A stretch of 64,000 nucleotides of DNA from an uncultured Acidobacteriota bacterium (lineage in GTDB: Bacteria > Acidobacteriota > Terriglobia > UBA7540): NCBI GenBank assembly GCA_963804995.1, contig CAWDSK010000001.1, positions 416,001 through 480,000 of the forward strand, written 5' to 3'. The position numbers and the translations under genes were made by a program. Shown piece after piece: positions 18,823-27,944 of the stretch (within the stretch, counting starts at the first letter, position 1; every line of letters starts with the position of its first letter). A model generated the notes under the pieces. The model was not told where the DNA came from. It worked only from the letters and a program-made list of their open reading frames with translations, and made no database searches.

Positions 18823-20367
18823 ATGTCTTGGAACTTTGATCGAAGCAAGAAACGAGTCGAGGCAGAAGCGAAGCGCCTAGCGCATGCGGGCATCAGCGTC
18901 AAGCCCCTCACCCGCGAAATGGACTTAACCAACCTCTCTCCCACAGAAGCTAGGCAAGTTAACGGCGTCCATCTCTATTCAAACGTGGAGAATCTGGAAG
19001 AACTGCTAACGTCCGAGGCCCTTCGAAAGAATAATTTCAGGGCATTGCACAGATTCTTTCAAGTCTTCAGGAGTGAACAGCGCCGCATCATTCAAAACGT
19101 CTTCGAAGGGGACAAGATCCAAGTTCAGGGCCCAAAGTTTCACGGGCTAATTTTCAAGCCTTATGGGAAGGACTCTGAGATCGCTTGGCGCTCCATTCTC
19201 TGCTCAAGTGCTTTACACCTTTTAGCGGTAAGGGCGCTTCCCGAGGTGTTTCCGGGATACCCACCGATCGTCTCTGCTGCAGGTCTAGAGCTGGGAAAAA
19301 CCGTCGTAGCAAACATCGGGATGCGGGGCGAGAGAGAGCTCATCAGCGTTGGTCGACCAGCAAATTACGCAGCTAAGATTTTCGATAAAGACGCGCCAAT
19401 CACCGTCGGCGAGAACCTCTACTCAACGCTCACGAAGGACCGGCAGTCCTTATTCGGGGCAGCCGAAGGGGTTTATCGGCTAGACCAGTCAGCCGTTGAT
19501 TCCCTAGGGGACGTGCTTCGGGACGAGGGATTCTCCTGGAGTGTCGAATCGTCCGTTAGGCGCCTCAGCCGTGAGATTGAGGTGCTTCCACTTGACAACA
19601 TCTTGGTGGAGGAAGCCCGTGAGAAAATCAATCTCGAAAGGCTCGGGCCGAAGCGCGCAAAGGTTTGCGTGGGCGCAACAGTATTTGTGGACATTGACGG
19701 CTACACCCGATTTGTCGATTCCCTGTTGGACGATGTCGACAAACTTGGGAAGGCTGTTCAGTTGCTGCATCTATTCCGCTATGAGTGGCGCGAAGTAACC
19801 GAGAATGATTTCGACGCGATCGAAATTCAGCATCAAGGGGACCGCTTGCAAGCATTGTTGCACGTACCTACGGATGACGAAGAACTAATGATGGAGAGGG
19901 CTGTTGATTTAGCCATCAGCTACAACTCTTCGGTCGATGAGGTTTTGAGTAAACACTGCGAGAAAGACCGGGCACTGCGTGTGGCGATTGGCTGTGATAT
20001 CGGTAAGGCGTTGGTGTCGAGAATTGGCGTACGGGGTGATCTAGACGCGACATGCCTCGGTAGGTCGGCACTGCGTGCAGAGATTTTGCAGGTTGGATCT
20101 AAGAGTGGCGAGATTTCGATAACCGAGAAGCTTCGCCACGCAATCAGCGAGCAGTCCATCTCAGAGTTATTCAAATACTGTGAGTCGACCGATGCATACG
20201 TAGCAAAGGACGTTACCTGGACAACAATTGAAGACGCGGAGCACGTCCGAGCGTATAAGTCCAGGTCTGCTGCGGTCGTAACGGGGGCCGGTGCAATTGC
20301 GTTCAGGGTCCCAGCGGAGGCGACGGACCGGCCACTCAAGATCACGCGTCCGTGGTCCGATTTATGA
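18823..20367 (+). CDS. Class III nucleotidyl cyclase with two tandem cyclase domains (PycC-like)
   Basis: Domain 2 has VFVDIDGYT and QHQGD; domain 1 has LYSNVEN, QVQGP and SVGRPANYAAK. Confidence 0.85.
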   Translation: MSWNFDRSKKRVEAEAKRLAHAGISVKPLTREMDLTNLSPTEARQVNGVHLYSNVENLEELLTSEALRKNNFRALHRFFQVFRSEQRRIIQNVFEGDKIQVQGPKFHGLIFKPYGKDSEIAWRSILCSSALHLLAVRALPEVFPGYPPIVSAAGLELGKTVVANIGMRGERELISVGRPANYAAKIFDKDAPITVGENLYSTLTKDRQSLFGAAEGVYRLDQSAVDSLGDVLRDEGFSWSVESSVRRLSREIEVLPLDNILVEEAREKINLERLGPKRAKVCVGATVFVDIDGYTRFVDSLLDDVDKLGKAVQLLHLFRYEWREVTENDFDAIEIQHQGDRLQALLHVPTDDEELMMERAVDLAISYNSSVDEVLSKHCEKDRALRVAIGCDIGKALVSRIGVRGDLDATCLGRSALRAEILQVGSKSGEISITEKLRHAISEQSISELFKYCESTDAYVAKDVTWTTIEDAEHVRAYKSRSAAVVTGAGAIAFRVPAEATDRPLKITRPWSDL

Positions 20368-21035
20368 ATGTGCTTCCATGGTACAGAATCTCGCGTCATC
20401 GGCTTGAATCCGAACGCACCCTGCTGCGTAGCCTTCGATACTTCATTCCTGAAAGGCAGTACTTCGACACTCTAAAAAGACTAAACGTTGTTGGCATACT
20501 CATTTACTCTCGAATGCGTTCCGGCAGGGTCGAGCGGTTTCGGGTCCGCATAGAATACCCCGCTAGGTTTCCAAACTTTCCACAGCAGGTCTATGATCAT
20601 GACAAGGTGTTTCAGCCTGGGCACGAGGGCCACTTGCCCGACCACCGCCTCTGTCTGACCCTCCCCGAACGGCGAGAGTTTTCGACTGGTACCGAAGGGC
20701 TAACTGAAGAGGTTTTGGGCGCATCCTTAATCTGGCTTGATAAGCGTCTTATATTCGAGCGAAATGGTGGTAAATGGCCTGGGCTTGACGAGCGCCACGG
20801 CCTCTTTGCGAAAATCGATTTTATACTTGAGGCGACGGGTCTTTCGGAGGATGGACGGGCACGGAGCTGGATGGAGGACACTCTCGCGGCTGCGGCGGCG
20901 AGACGCGGGTTCGATATCGAATTGTATTCGCCGTGTCCGTGCGGCAGCGGCGAGAAAATGAAGTTCTGCCATTTCGACGGGTTCCGTCCCCTGATTAAAT
21001 TACTTCGAGAAGTCTCTCGTCAGGCGAATGGCTAG
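20364..21035 (+). CDS. Prokaryotic E2/UBC-like fold protein with C-terminal SEC-C motif
   Basis: FRVRIEYPARFP..P.V..H...DHRLCL; SPCPCGSGEKMKFCH; ATGA overlap with the cyclase stop. Confidence 0.65.
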   Translation: MNVLPWYRISRHRLESERTLLRSLRYFIPERQYFDTLKRLNVVGILIYSRMRSGRVERFRVRIEYPARFPNFPQQVYDHDKVFQPGHEGHLPDHRLCLTLPERREFSTGTEGLTEEVLGASLIWLDKRLIFERNGGKWPGLDERHGLFAKIDFILEATGLSEDGRARSWMEDTLAAAAARRGFDIELYSPCPCGSGEKMKFCHFDGFRPLIKLLREVSRQANG

Positions 21036-21973
21036 GGCGACTGGAAACTGTGGCGCTGGCGGTGCCATGTGAGAGATTCTCGGTCGGGCAAGTAATGCTG
21101 GTTTAGTGGGCGGAGAATTGACTTACCCGCACGTGGCTTCAGGAGATGCGCTGCATCTCCACGTTCATCAAAGCGATCCTCTGCCACGAGTATTGTGTAA
21201 TCGTTGCTGATCGACCAAAACCCGTGATCGAAAAGCCAGTGGGCTGTTTTTGAAAGCGCGATGCCATTCGTGGGGTGGTTGCTGCCACCTTGAGTGAGCT
21301 GATGGATGTGGGCGGCGTCTAGGGCCGTCTTGCCGTTCAGCGCGATCATCCGGTATTGGGTTAGGGCACAGGTGTAATCGTATGCCGGAAGCACGCGCAC
21401 TGCGAACTTCGCATCCCGTTGACTCTCGGTCTCGTGCCGCGGCATAAAGCGGGTGGCATCCGCTCCAATTACGTCATCGGGAGGAACTGGGAGATCGACA
21501 AGACTGTAAAGCTCCGCCCTTTCTTCCGGCCGAAAATATTTTGCGATCAGAGTACGCCGGGCCAGCGAACGAAACTCCCCCCACCCCAGACAAACGAGAA
21601 AAGATACGTCCAACTGGGCGATTACAGCCGCGTGCCGATCGGGAGCGGGCCGCCCTGCAGCATCAAGCGCTTGCCAGAAGCCTTCAGACTTGAGGTGATA
21701 AAAAGGGAAGTTTATATCAGGCTTGGTCTTCCTGCGGGGCGCTACTACTCGCCAATAGGAGCTGTAGCGGAAAGCCAGATCACCATCTTTTCTGAGAAGC
21801 GCGCCGTCGAGTTTGCCTTGTTCCACAATATCGCAGACGACGAGAAGCAAAAGGGGTTTCTGCGGCGCGTCCCCGAGCGCCGGATGTGCTTTGTCTGGTC
21901 GCAGAGAATTCAGCCGCTCAAGCCAACGCGTCCATTCGGGGGATGAGGTTGAGAGGAGAGCACCCGTGGCCAT
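21032..21973 (-). CDS. SBD-HNH endonuclease (phosphorothioate-dependent restriction enzyme-like)
   Basis: APQKPLLLL and FPFYHLKSEGFW sulfur-binding-domain-like motifs; CALT..LDAAHI..NGIALSKTAHWLFD HNH domain. Confidence 0.8.
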   Translation of the reverse strand: MATGALLSTSSPEWTRWLERLNSLRPDKAHPALGDAPQKPLLLLVVCDIVEQGKLDGALLRKDGDLAFRYSSYWRVVAPRRKTKPDINFPFYHLKSEGFWQALDAAGRPAPDRHAAVIAQLDVSFLVCLGWGEFRSLARRTLIAKYFRPEERAELYSLVDLPVPPDDVIGADATRFMPRHETESQRDAKFAVRVLPAYDYTCALTQYRMIALNGKTALDAAHIHQLTQGGSNHPTNGIALSKTAHWLFDHGFWSISNDYTILVAEDRFDERGDAAHLLKPRAGKSILRPLNQHYLPDRESLTWHRQRHSFQSP

Positions 21974-22792
21974 TTACCTCTCCATTGCGGAGGTCCGATT
22001 TAAATCGTCCTTCAGGATATTCAGCAAATCGCCGGGGAGGCCGTGGGCGCGGTGGCTTTCGCTGTATTCCTCCACCTTGGCAACCATGCGCCGCAGAGTT
22101 TCAACATTAATGCCTTTCTCGGCGGCGACTTTGTTTTCAATTTCTCGCAAACGGCCGAGTTCAGTCAAGTCGGCGTTCATCATCACACCCTTCTGCCGGT
22201 TGACGATGCGCGCCACGCCGCGCCCATCGTCCGGGTCGCGTGCGGCTTTCCACATTTGCTGGATCAGTAGGAGCTCCTCGGGACTGATGAGCTGTAATTG
22301 AACCTCTTCCTGCAACTTTAGTAATTGGGTCAGCAGTTCACGACGGGCGGTGATCAAGAGTGGCCCGGAACCCTGATTACCGTTCATACGGCGGGTGTCG
22401 CGCTTGCCGTTGGCGGGATCGCGGTAGAACAGTAGCGTTTCGCGGAATTCGATCAGTTTCTCCATGCGCTCGTCGCCCGAAGCCAGCAATCCTTCGCTGG
22501 CCCGGTCACGGTCAACCACGGTGCACGTCCAGCACCCGAAACGGCTGTTGCCACAACTGGGGGTGCTGGTGTCAATCTGGATGGGGTACTCGCCGTTCGA
22601 GGCGCTGGCGTAAAGCTTGTAGAGGGGGCGATTGCCTCGGGGGTTGGGGTTCTGTCGGCCCAAACGTCCTCGGTCGAGAGGAATTCATTCGATACCCAGA
22701 CGCGGGGCAAGTCAGGATGCCTCCGCAATCCATTGCGCGTTTGGCGGGCCGCCATGGTTTGGGCGCGGGTGGAGCTTTCGGCGCGGCGCGCG
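21974..22792 (-). pseudogene. dndC: DNA phosphorothioation sulfurtransferase DndC, C-terminal fragment (frameshifted)
   Basis: LYKLY.SAS.GE..IQIDTSTPSCGNSRFGCWTCTVV.RD; preceded out of frame by LGARRAES. Confidence 0.85.
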
Positions 22793-22908
22793 CCGAGGAC
22801 TAGGATCGCCTCGGGCGCGGTCAACGCGTAAATTCGAGAATTTGGCAAGCCAGTAATCAGGTCTGGTCATGGGGGTCGCCGCGGCGACCGCTCGGCCATG
22901 GGGCATTT

Positions 22909-23217
22909 CTAGAGCCCCTGGGTCAATATCCCTGCTACATCACGGCTGCCGTGCAAAATGGTGACCACTTGCAAGGGCTTGGTTTCAGGCCGGTAGACGA
23001 TCAGGTAGGAGTACACAGAAAAGAAGCGCACATTGGCAGAGGTCAAATCATGCCGCCAGTGGCCCGCGCCGGGGAAACTGGCCAGGTAGACACACTTGGT
23101 TCGAATGACGGATTCAACACGGTCGGCTGCTTCGAGGCTGACTTGCTGCTTGACGTAACGCCAGATATCCACCAGGTCACGGGCAGCCTGAGGGGCCAGG
23201 ACATATCGCGCGGTCAT
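22909..23217 (-). CDS. RelE/ParE family toxin
   Basis: YVLAPQAARDLVDIWRY..LASFPGAGH.R.DL..YLIVYR..VTILHGSRDV. Confidence 0.9.
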   Translation of the reverse strand: MTARYVLAPQAARDLVDIWRYVKQQVSLEAADRVESVIRTKCVYLASFPGAGHWRHDLTSANVRFFSVYSYLIVYRPETKPLQVVTILHGSRDVAGILTQGL

Positions 23218-23474
23218 TCCGGTTGAGCTTTCAGTCGATCGAGGTGCTCGTCCAGTTGGTCCTCGGGAATCCCTTCCCCCCGATCAAGTTCTCCGATTCC
23301 GGTTTGGATCTTGGCGTCCACGGCTTGGCGATTGGCCATTAACCATTCATCCCGCTCATGCAGCACTTCCAGCGCCCTTTCGATTACATCGTCGGGGCTT
23401 TGATAAGCTCCGGAACGCAGGGCCTCCGCGATGCGGTTTTCCTGTTCGGGCTTCAGTTGAATCGTCATGGCCAA
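23214..23474 (-). CDS. ParD-like antitoxin
   Basis: L.PEQE..I...LRSGAYQSPDDVI..AL..L; ATGA overlap with the toxin. Confidence 0.82.
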   Translation of the reverse strand: MAMTIQLKPEQENRIAEALRSGAYQSPDDVIERALEVLHERDEWLMANRQAVDAKIQTGIGELDRGEGIPEDQLDEHLDRLKAQPE

Positions 23475-23520
23475 TTCTCCCTGTGACCACTACTCTAACA
23501 CAACGCGTAAAAGAACTCCT

Positions 23521-24232
23521 TCTGGATGGGGCACTCGCCGTTCGAGGCGCTGGCGTAAAGCCTGTAGAGGGGGCGATTGCCTCAGGGGTTGGGGTTCTGT
23601 CGGCCCAAACGTCTTCGGTTGAGAGGAATTCAATGGGATTCGATACCCAGACACGGGGCAAGTCAGGATGCCGCCGCAAGCCGTTGCGCGTTTGGCGGGC
23701 CGCCATGGTTTGGGCGCGGGTGGAGCTTTCGGCGCGGCGCGCTCCCAGGTGCAGAATGGCCTCGCCCCAATGTCCAACCCGCTGCTTCACCAGGGCGTTC
23801 ACCGGGTCAATCTTCATCCTCTGCGTGCACCAGCGGAAGGTGCGGTTGGGGGGTGGGTAGCCGCGTCCAATGATGTTCACCCAAAAGGATTCTTCCATGA
23901 GCGGCTTCAGCAGGTTGGCGTCAATGTTCAGGCTGTGCTGCTCGGAGCACTTGCGCATGCGGTCCAGCGTGCCTTCAATCATTTCGGCAATGGCGGGAAT
24001 CTCCACGCGCGTGTCCGTGCAAAGGACCGAGATGGGCTTCTTGCGCTGCTCGGCGGGAATGGATAGGACGGCGTCAAAAATCAGCGACGCCGGCATGGTG
24101 CCGTTCCTTCGCGGGATTTACCCTGAGTGAAACGAATGGGCTCAGGACAGGCTCTTGCCACCGCTAAAGCCGACCAGCCAGGGCCGCTCGTCTTCCGGGT
24201 AGAGTTGGCGGAGGGAAGTCTTGAAAAACATC
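23521..24232 (-). pseudogene. dndC: DndC N-terminal and middle fragments
   Basis: LY..DERPWLVGFSGGK (24142-24232), TDTRVEIP, FWVNIIGRGYPPP.RTFRWCTQRMKIDP, LGARRAES; discontinuous. Confidence 0.85.
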
Positions 24233-24334
24233 GTCACTCCCGTCGCGGGGAGTATACACCCCCCCCTTTGATTTTCAAGTAATGGCATCAATGGCGGCTG
24301 GCGGAAAAGCGCGGCGCCGGCGAAGACCCAATCC

Positions 24335-24490
24335 AAAAAGGTTTTCATGGTTATGGATATGGAGGGCGTGGACGGCGTCTTTAATGAGGATTTGCAGGTC
24401 ACGCCCAACAAGAGCCCGCGCTGGGAAGAGTGCTTGGAGATGTTTACGGATGAGATCAACGCGCCGGTGGCGGGGCTGCCTCAATCTGGT
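24335..24490 (+). pseudogene. M55 (DppA-like) D-aminopeptidase N-terminal fragment
   Basis: KVFMVMDMEGVDGV...FTDEINA matches the M55 DxEG motif; similarity is lost afterwards. Confidence 0.6.
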
Positions 24491-24884
24491 TGGGGTGCGA
24501 GCCGGAAGTGGGAAATCGGCACGTCCGGTCGGGCGTGGGGCGCAGAAGGCAGGCTCGGCGAGGGGCCCGAAGGTAGGGCTCGGCCCCGCGTTTGCCCCCG
24601 CTCTAATCTTGTAGATCCACGACTTTTTGTCGTGGTGGGACATGTCCCACATGTTGCTCTCCGCGGGGCATAGCGAGCGAGGTCCCACTTAATTCCCCAC
24701 CTTCATGCGTTATTTTCCCATGACTTTTCGCATGCCAATTTGCCGGGTTGCGCTTCTAGTCTTCGATTGGTAAATCGTACTTTTCCCCAAACATACCGAG
24801 CGCGGCTTTCACCATTTCGTCCTCAGCTTCCGGCGCCCAACCCACCGGACATCCAAACTGAATCTGGATCACCTGCGCCTGGTA

Positions 24885-25116
24885 AGCGGTCTCGCGCTGG
24901 CGACCGCCCCCGTATTGCCTTCCGCCTGCTCTGACGGCGTCGGCGCCCGGAAGCGCTGGATTTCGGAGCTGAATACCCTGCCTGCGGATGCCCTCTCCCA
25001 CGCTTCAAGTGCGGCCTCGCGACCGCCCTCGCAGGGCTGTGGGCCAGGGTGGCTCGCTATGCCTTCCCTGTACGACTCTTGCATTCGCAACTCCCTGCCG
25101 GTTTATCCCGGCGCTA
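24885..25116 (-). mobile_element. Group II intron 5' (domain I) remnant; no RT ORF and no 3' end
   Basis: Minus strand gcgccgggataaaccggcagggagttgcgaatgcaagagtcgtacagggaaggcatagcgagccaccctggccc...gccgacgccgtc..gcggaaggcaatac resembles bacterial group II intron 5' ends. Confidence 0.72.
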
Positions 25117-25331
25117 TCCAGAGCAAGCTCAGCTCTGCGATTCCCCTGTTCGAAAAGGCGTGGATGAATCGAGAAGGCGGGGGCATGAACAGAGGGGTGG
25201 ATCGCCCCGACCAGTCGGGGCGCCAGCCAGGCCGGGAGTCACGCCTAAGAAACGAGAAGGCGCTGAGACGCAGAGAGTAGAGCAAATCTCAGCGCCTCTG
25301 CGGTGAGAATTCGTTTTCGGCGGGGCGCCCC

Positions 25332-26303
25332 TCAGGAGAGCAGGGCCAGCAGAATGGCTTTCTGAATGTGTAGGCGGTTTTCGGCCTGGTCGTAGACGAT
25401 GGAGCGGGGTGAATCCATGACCTCATCGGTTACTTCTTCGCCCCGTCGCGCCGGCTGGCAATGCATAAACAGGGCTTGGGGCCCCGCCACGCGCATGAGT
25501 TGGGAATTCACCTGGTAAGAGCGGAAGACCTCCTGGCGGGTTTCCGCCTCGTCCTCCTGGCCCATACTCGTCCAAACGTCCGTATAGACGATGTCCGCGC
25601 CAGCCACGGCTTCGGCGGGATTATGGGTCAGCATGATTTCACCGCCCTCCCGCTTGACTTCCGCCACGGCAGACCGGTCCGGTTCGTAACCCGGAGGTGT
25701 GGCCATGCGCATCCGCACGCCCAGGCGCGCCGCGCCGTACATCAAGGAATGCGCTACGTTGTTGCCGTCGCCCACCCAGGCCAGCGTCAGGCCCACCAGC
25801 GTTCCCTTGTGCTCGAGCAGCGTCAGGTAATCGCCCAGTGCCTGGCAGGGATACTCAAAATCGGAAAGTCCGTTAATCACCGGGATGGAGGCGTGTTCGG
25901 CCAGTTCCAGCAGGGTTTGATGCGAGTAGACGCGCACGACCAGGGCGTCGACCCAGCGCGAGAAGTTTCGTGCCACGTCTTTCACAGATTCGCGCTTGCC
26001 CAGCCCCACTTCGTTCGAGCTCAGGTAGAGTGAGCGGCCTCCCAACTGGCCGATGGCCAATTCAAACGTCACGCGGGTACGCAAACTCGGTTTCTCAAAA
26101 ACCATGGCCAGCGTCACGTCCTCCAACGCGTGCTTGTAGGGGGCGGGAGAGGCTTTGACGTATTGCGCGAGCTTCAGCAGGAAATCAATCTCCGGCGGCG
26201 TCAGGTCGTGGATTGAAACCAGGTGCCGATGCGCCATAGTGGCAGGGCGAATCGGCGGTGGAGATTCGATCTCTGCGTTGGGAACGACATTGAGCTTGCG
26301 CAT
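25332..26303 (-). CDS. argF: Ornithine carbamoyltransferase (with atypical motif residues)
   Basis: FEKPSLRTR.TFE, INGLSD, GDGNNV, YTDVWTSMGQE, QAENRLH; HPCQ reads YPCQ and HCLP reads HCQP. Confidence 0.9.
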   Translation of the reverse strand: MRKLNVVPNAEIESPPPIRPATMAHRHLVSIHDLTPPEIDFLLKLAQYVKASPAPYKHALEDVTLAMVFEKPSLRTRVTFELAIGQLGGRSLYLSSNEVGLGKRESVKDVARNFSRWVDALVVRVYSHQTLLELAEHASIPVINGLSDFEYPCQALGDYLTLLEHKGTLVGLTLAWVGDGNNVAHSLMYGAARLGVRMRMATPPGYEPDRSAVAEVKREGGEIMLTHNPAEAVAGADIVYTDVWTSMGQEDEAETRQEVFRSYQVNSQLMRVAGPQALFMHCQPARRGEEVTDEVMDSPRSIVYDQAENRLHIQKAILLALLS

Positions 26304-26810
26304 GAAACTTCCTCGGTTCTGAGGGTTCTGTGTCGGGGCCTGCTCCGATGTTCTGGAACGGGGGCCTTGGCAGTAAATCTCGACACCTTACATGGCCGGT
26401 CTTCCAAGCCGCCCTATGGCGAGGTAAACTCGCCGCTACGATATCGAACTGACTAGCTAACCGAAGTCCACTCGTCTCCACTTTGTGCCGCTGAGTGTGC
26501 ACCCACCGGCCTTTGGCTCGACTGAGCTGACACGCTCAAACTGGAGCAAGAGTTGGGCCACGAATTTAGTGGGGGCTCATAGTGCCTATAACCAACTCAT
26601 TCTAAAGGTCTAAGCTATTGTAGCGGGCTGACTGCTGGCGTGGTAAATCGCAATATGTGGGTTATGACACGGTGCGATTAATCCTGACGAGGGAGGGCAA
26701 TGAAATCCAACAGGCATGCCCGCGGCAAAGCTTCCTGATAATGTCGGACTTTTTTACTTTGTCACAGCGCCATTTTGGATGTAAATATGAAGATCAGGTG
26801 GGAGGTCAAA

Positions 26811-27944
26811 ATGAATATTAGTCGGCGTGGATGCATGAAGGTGATCGGTGGAGGGCTGGCAGCCGGGATGGTAGCTGGGAGCGCCAAGGGGCTGGCTCTC
26901 GCCGCGCAATCGCAGTCAAAAATCGAAGCCAGTAAGCTTGCCATGCCGGGGCTTTACCCAGGGCGAGTTTGCGCCATTCAGAATCCCGGGGCGATCCTGG
27001 GCGGCCAGTACCAGGCTGAGGCGGTTCGCGGCATGATGCAACGGGGAATGATGGAATTGACCGGGGCGGACGGGTGGGTTGACGCCTGGCGCCACTTCTT
27101 TGAGCCGGGGGACGTGGTAGGGATCAAGCTCAACCCGGTGGGCCAGCCGCTCGTCAAGTCGGATGCGACCGTGGTGCGCGAGATCATTGCGGGCCTGGAA
27201 GCGGCAGGGGTGCGGCGGCGGGACATCGTCGCCTACGACCGTTACCGCGACCAGTTCTATGAAGCCGGATATGACAAGTGGCTGCCGGAGGGCGTCCGGG
27301 TCTCCTGCGCCACCAAAGACGTCGACGACACCCAGCAGAAGATCGAAGGCTATGATCCGGACCACTACATGGACATGGCGCTGACCCTGCCGGGCTATGG
27401 TCTTGACAACCTTACGGCGCGCCGTTCCTACGCGGCAGTCTTCATCACGCGCGAGGTCAATAAGCTCGTCAACGTTCCGGTGCTGAAGGATCACCAGTCG
27501 GCAGGAGTCACGCTGGCGCTGAAGAACCTGTCACACGGCCTGGTCAACAACGTCAACCGCAGCCATTCCAGTCCCAGCCTGAATGCCTGCAACGCTTTCA
27601 TCCCCGCCGCCGTGTCCATTCCCATCATCCGCAACAAGGTCGTGCTGAATATCCTGGATGGGGTCAAGGGCCTTTACCACGGCGGGCCCAGCGGGCAACC
27701 GCAATTCGTCTGGGAGCACCAGACCCTCTACTTCTCGACCGACCCGGTGGCGCTTGACCACATTGGCTGGGAAGTGATCGACGCTAAACGCCTCTCCGTG
27801 GGGATGAAGAAACTGGTTGAAGATACCCCCGACCAATTCAGCACCTTCGTCCACCGCCAACCCGAGCACATCGAAATCGCCGGGGCACTGGGCCTGGGCG
27901 TGTGGGACCGGAAGAAAATCGACTTCCGGCAAGTTAAATTGTAG
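26811..27944 (+). CDS. DUF362 domain protein with Tat-like signal
   Basis: SRRG..K; GDVVGIKLN, NVPVLKDH..AGVTLALKN, STDPVALD; GGAGG RBS. Confidence 0.85.
   Translation: MNISRRGCMKVIGGGLAAGMVAGSAKGLALAAQSQSKIEASKLAMPGLYPGRVCAIQNPGAILGGQYQAEAVRGMMQRGMMELTGADGWVDAWRHFFEPGDVVGIKLNPVGQPLVKSDATVVREIIAGLEAAGVRRRDIVAYDRYRDQFYEAGYDKWLPEGVRVSCATKDVDDTQQKIEGYDPDHYMDMALTLPGYGLDNLTARRSYAAVFITREVNKLVNVPVLKDHQSAGVTLALKNLSHGLVNNVNRSHSSPSLNACNAFIPAAVSIPIIRNKVVLNILDGVKGLYHGGPSGQPQFVWEHQTLYFSTDPVALDHIGWEVIDAKRLSVGMKKLVEDTPDQFSTFVHRQPEHIEIAGALGLGVWDRKKIDFRQVKL

Noticed and set aside
24869..25090. ORF MRMQESYREGIASHPGP
   Set aside because: Spurious translation of group II intron RNA sequence
26596..26636. Resemblance to the 3' half of a c-di-GMP-I riboswitch (ggtctaag..tagcggg)
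   Set aside because: The 5' GGCAAA/GAAA-tetraloop stem is absent
26680..26712. Hammerhead-ribozyme-like CTGACGA...GAAA
   Set aside because: The intervening bases cannot form stem II, and no stems I or III are evident
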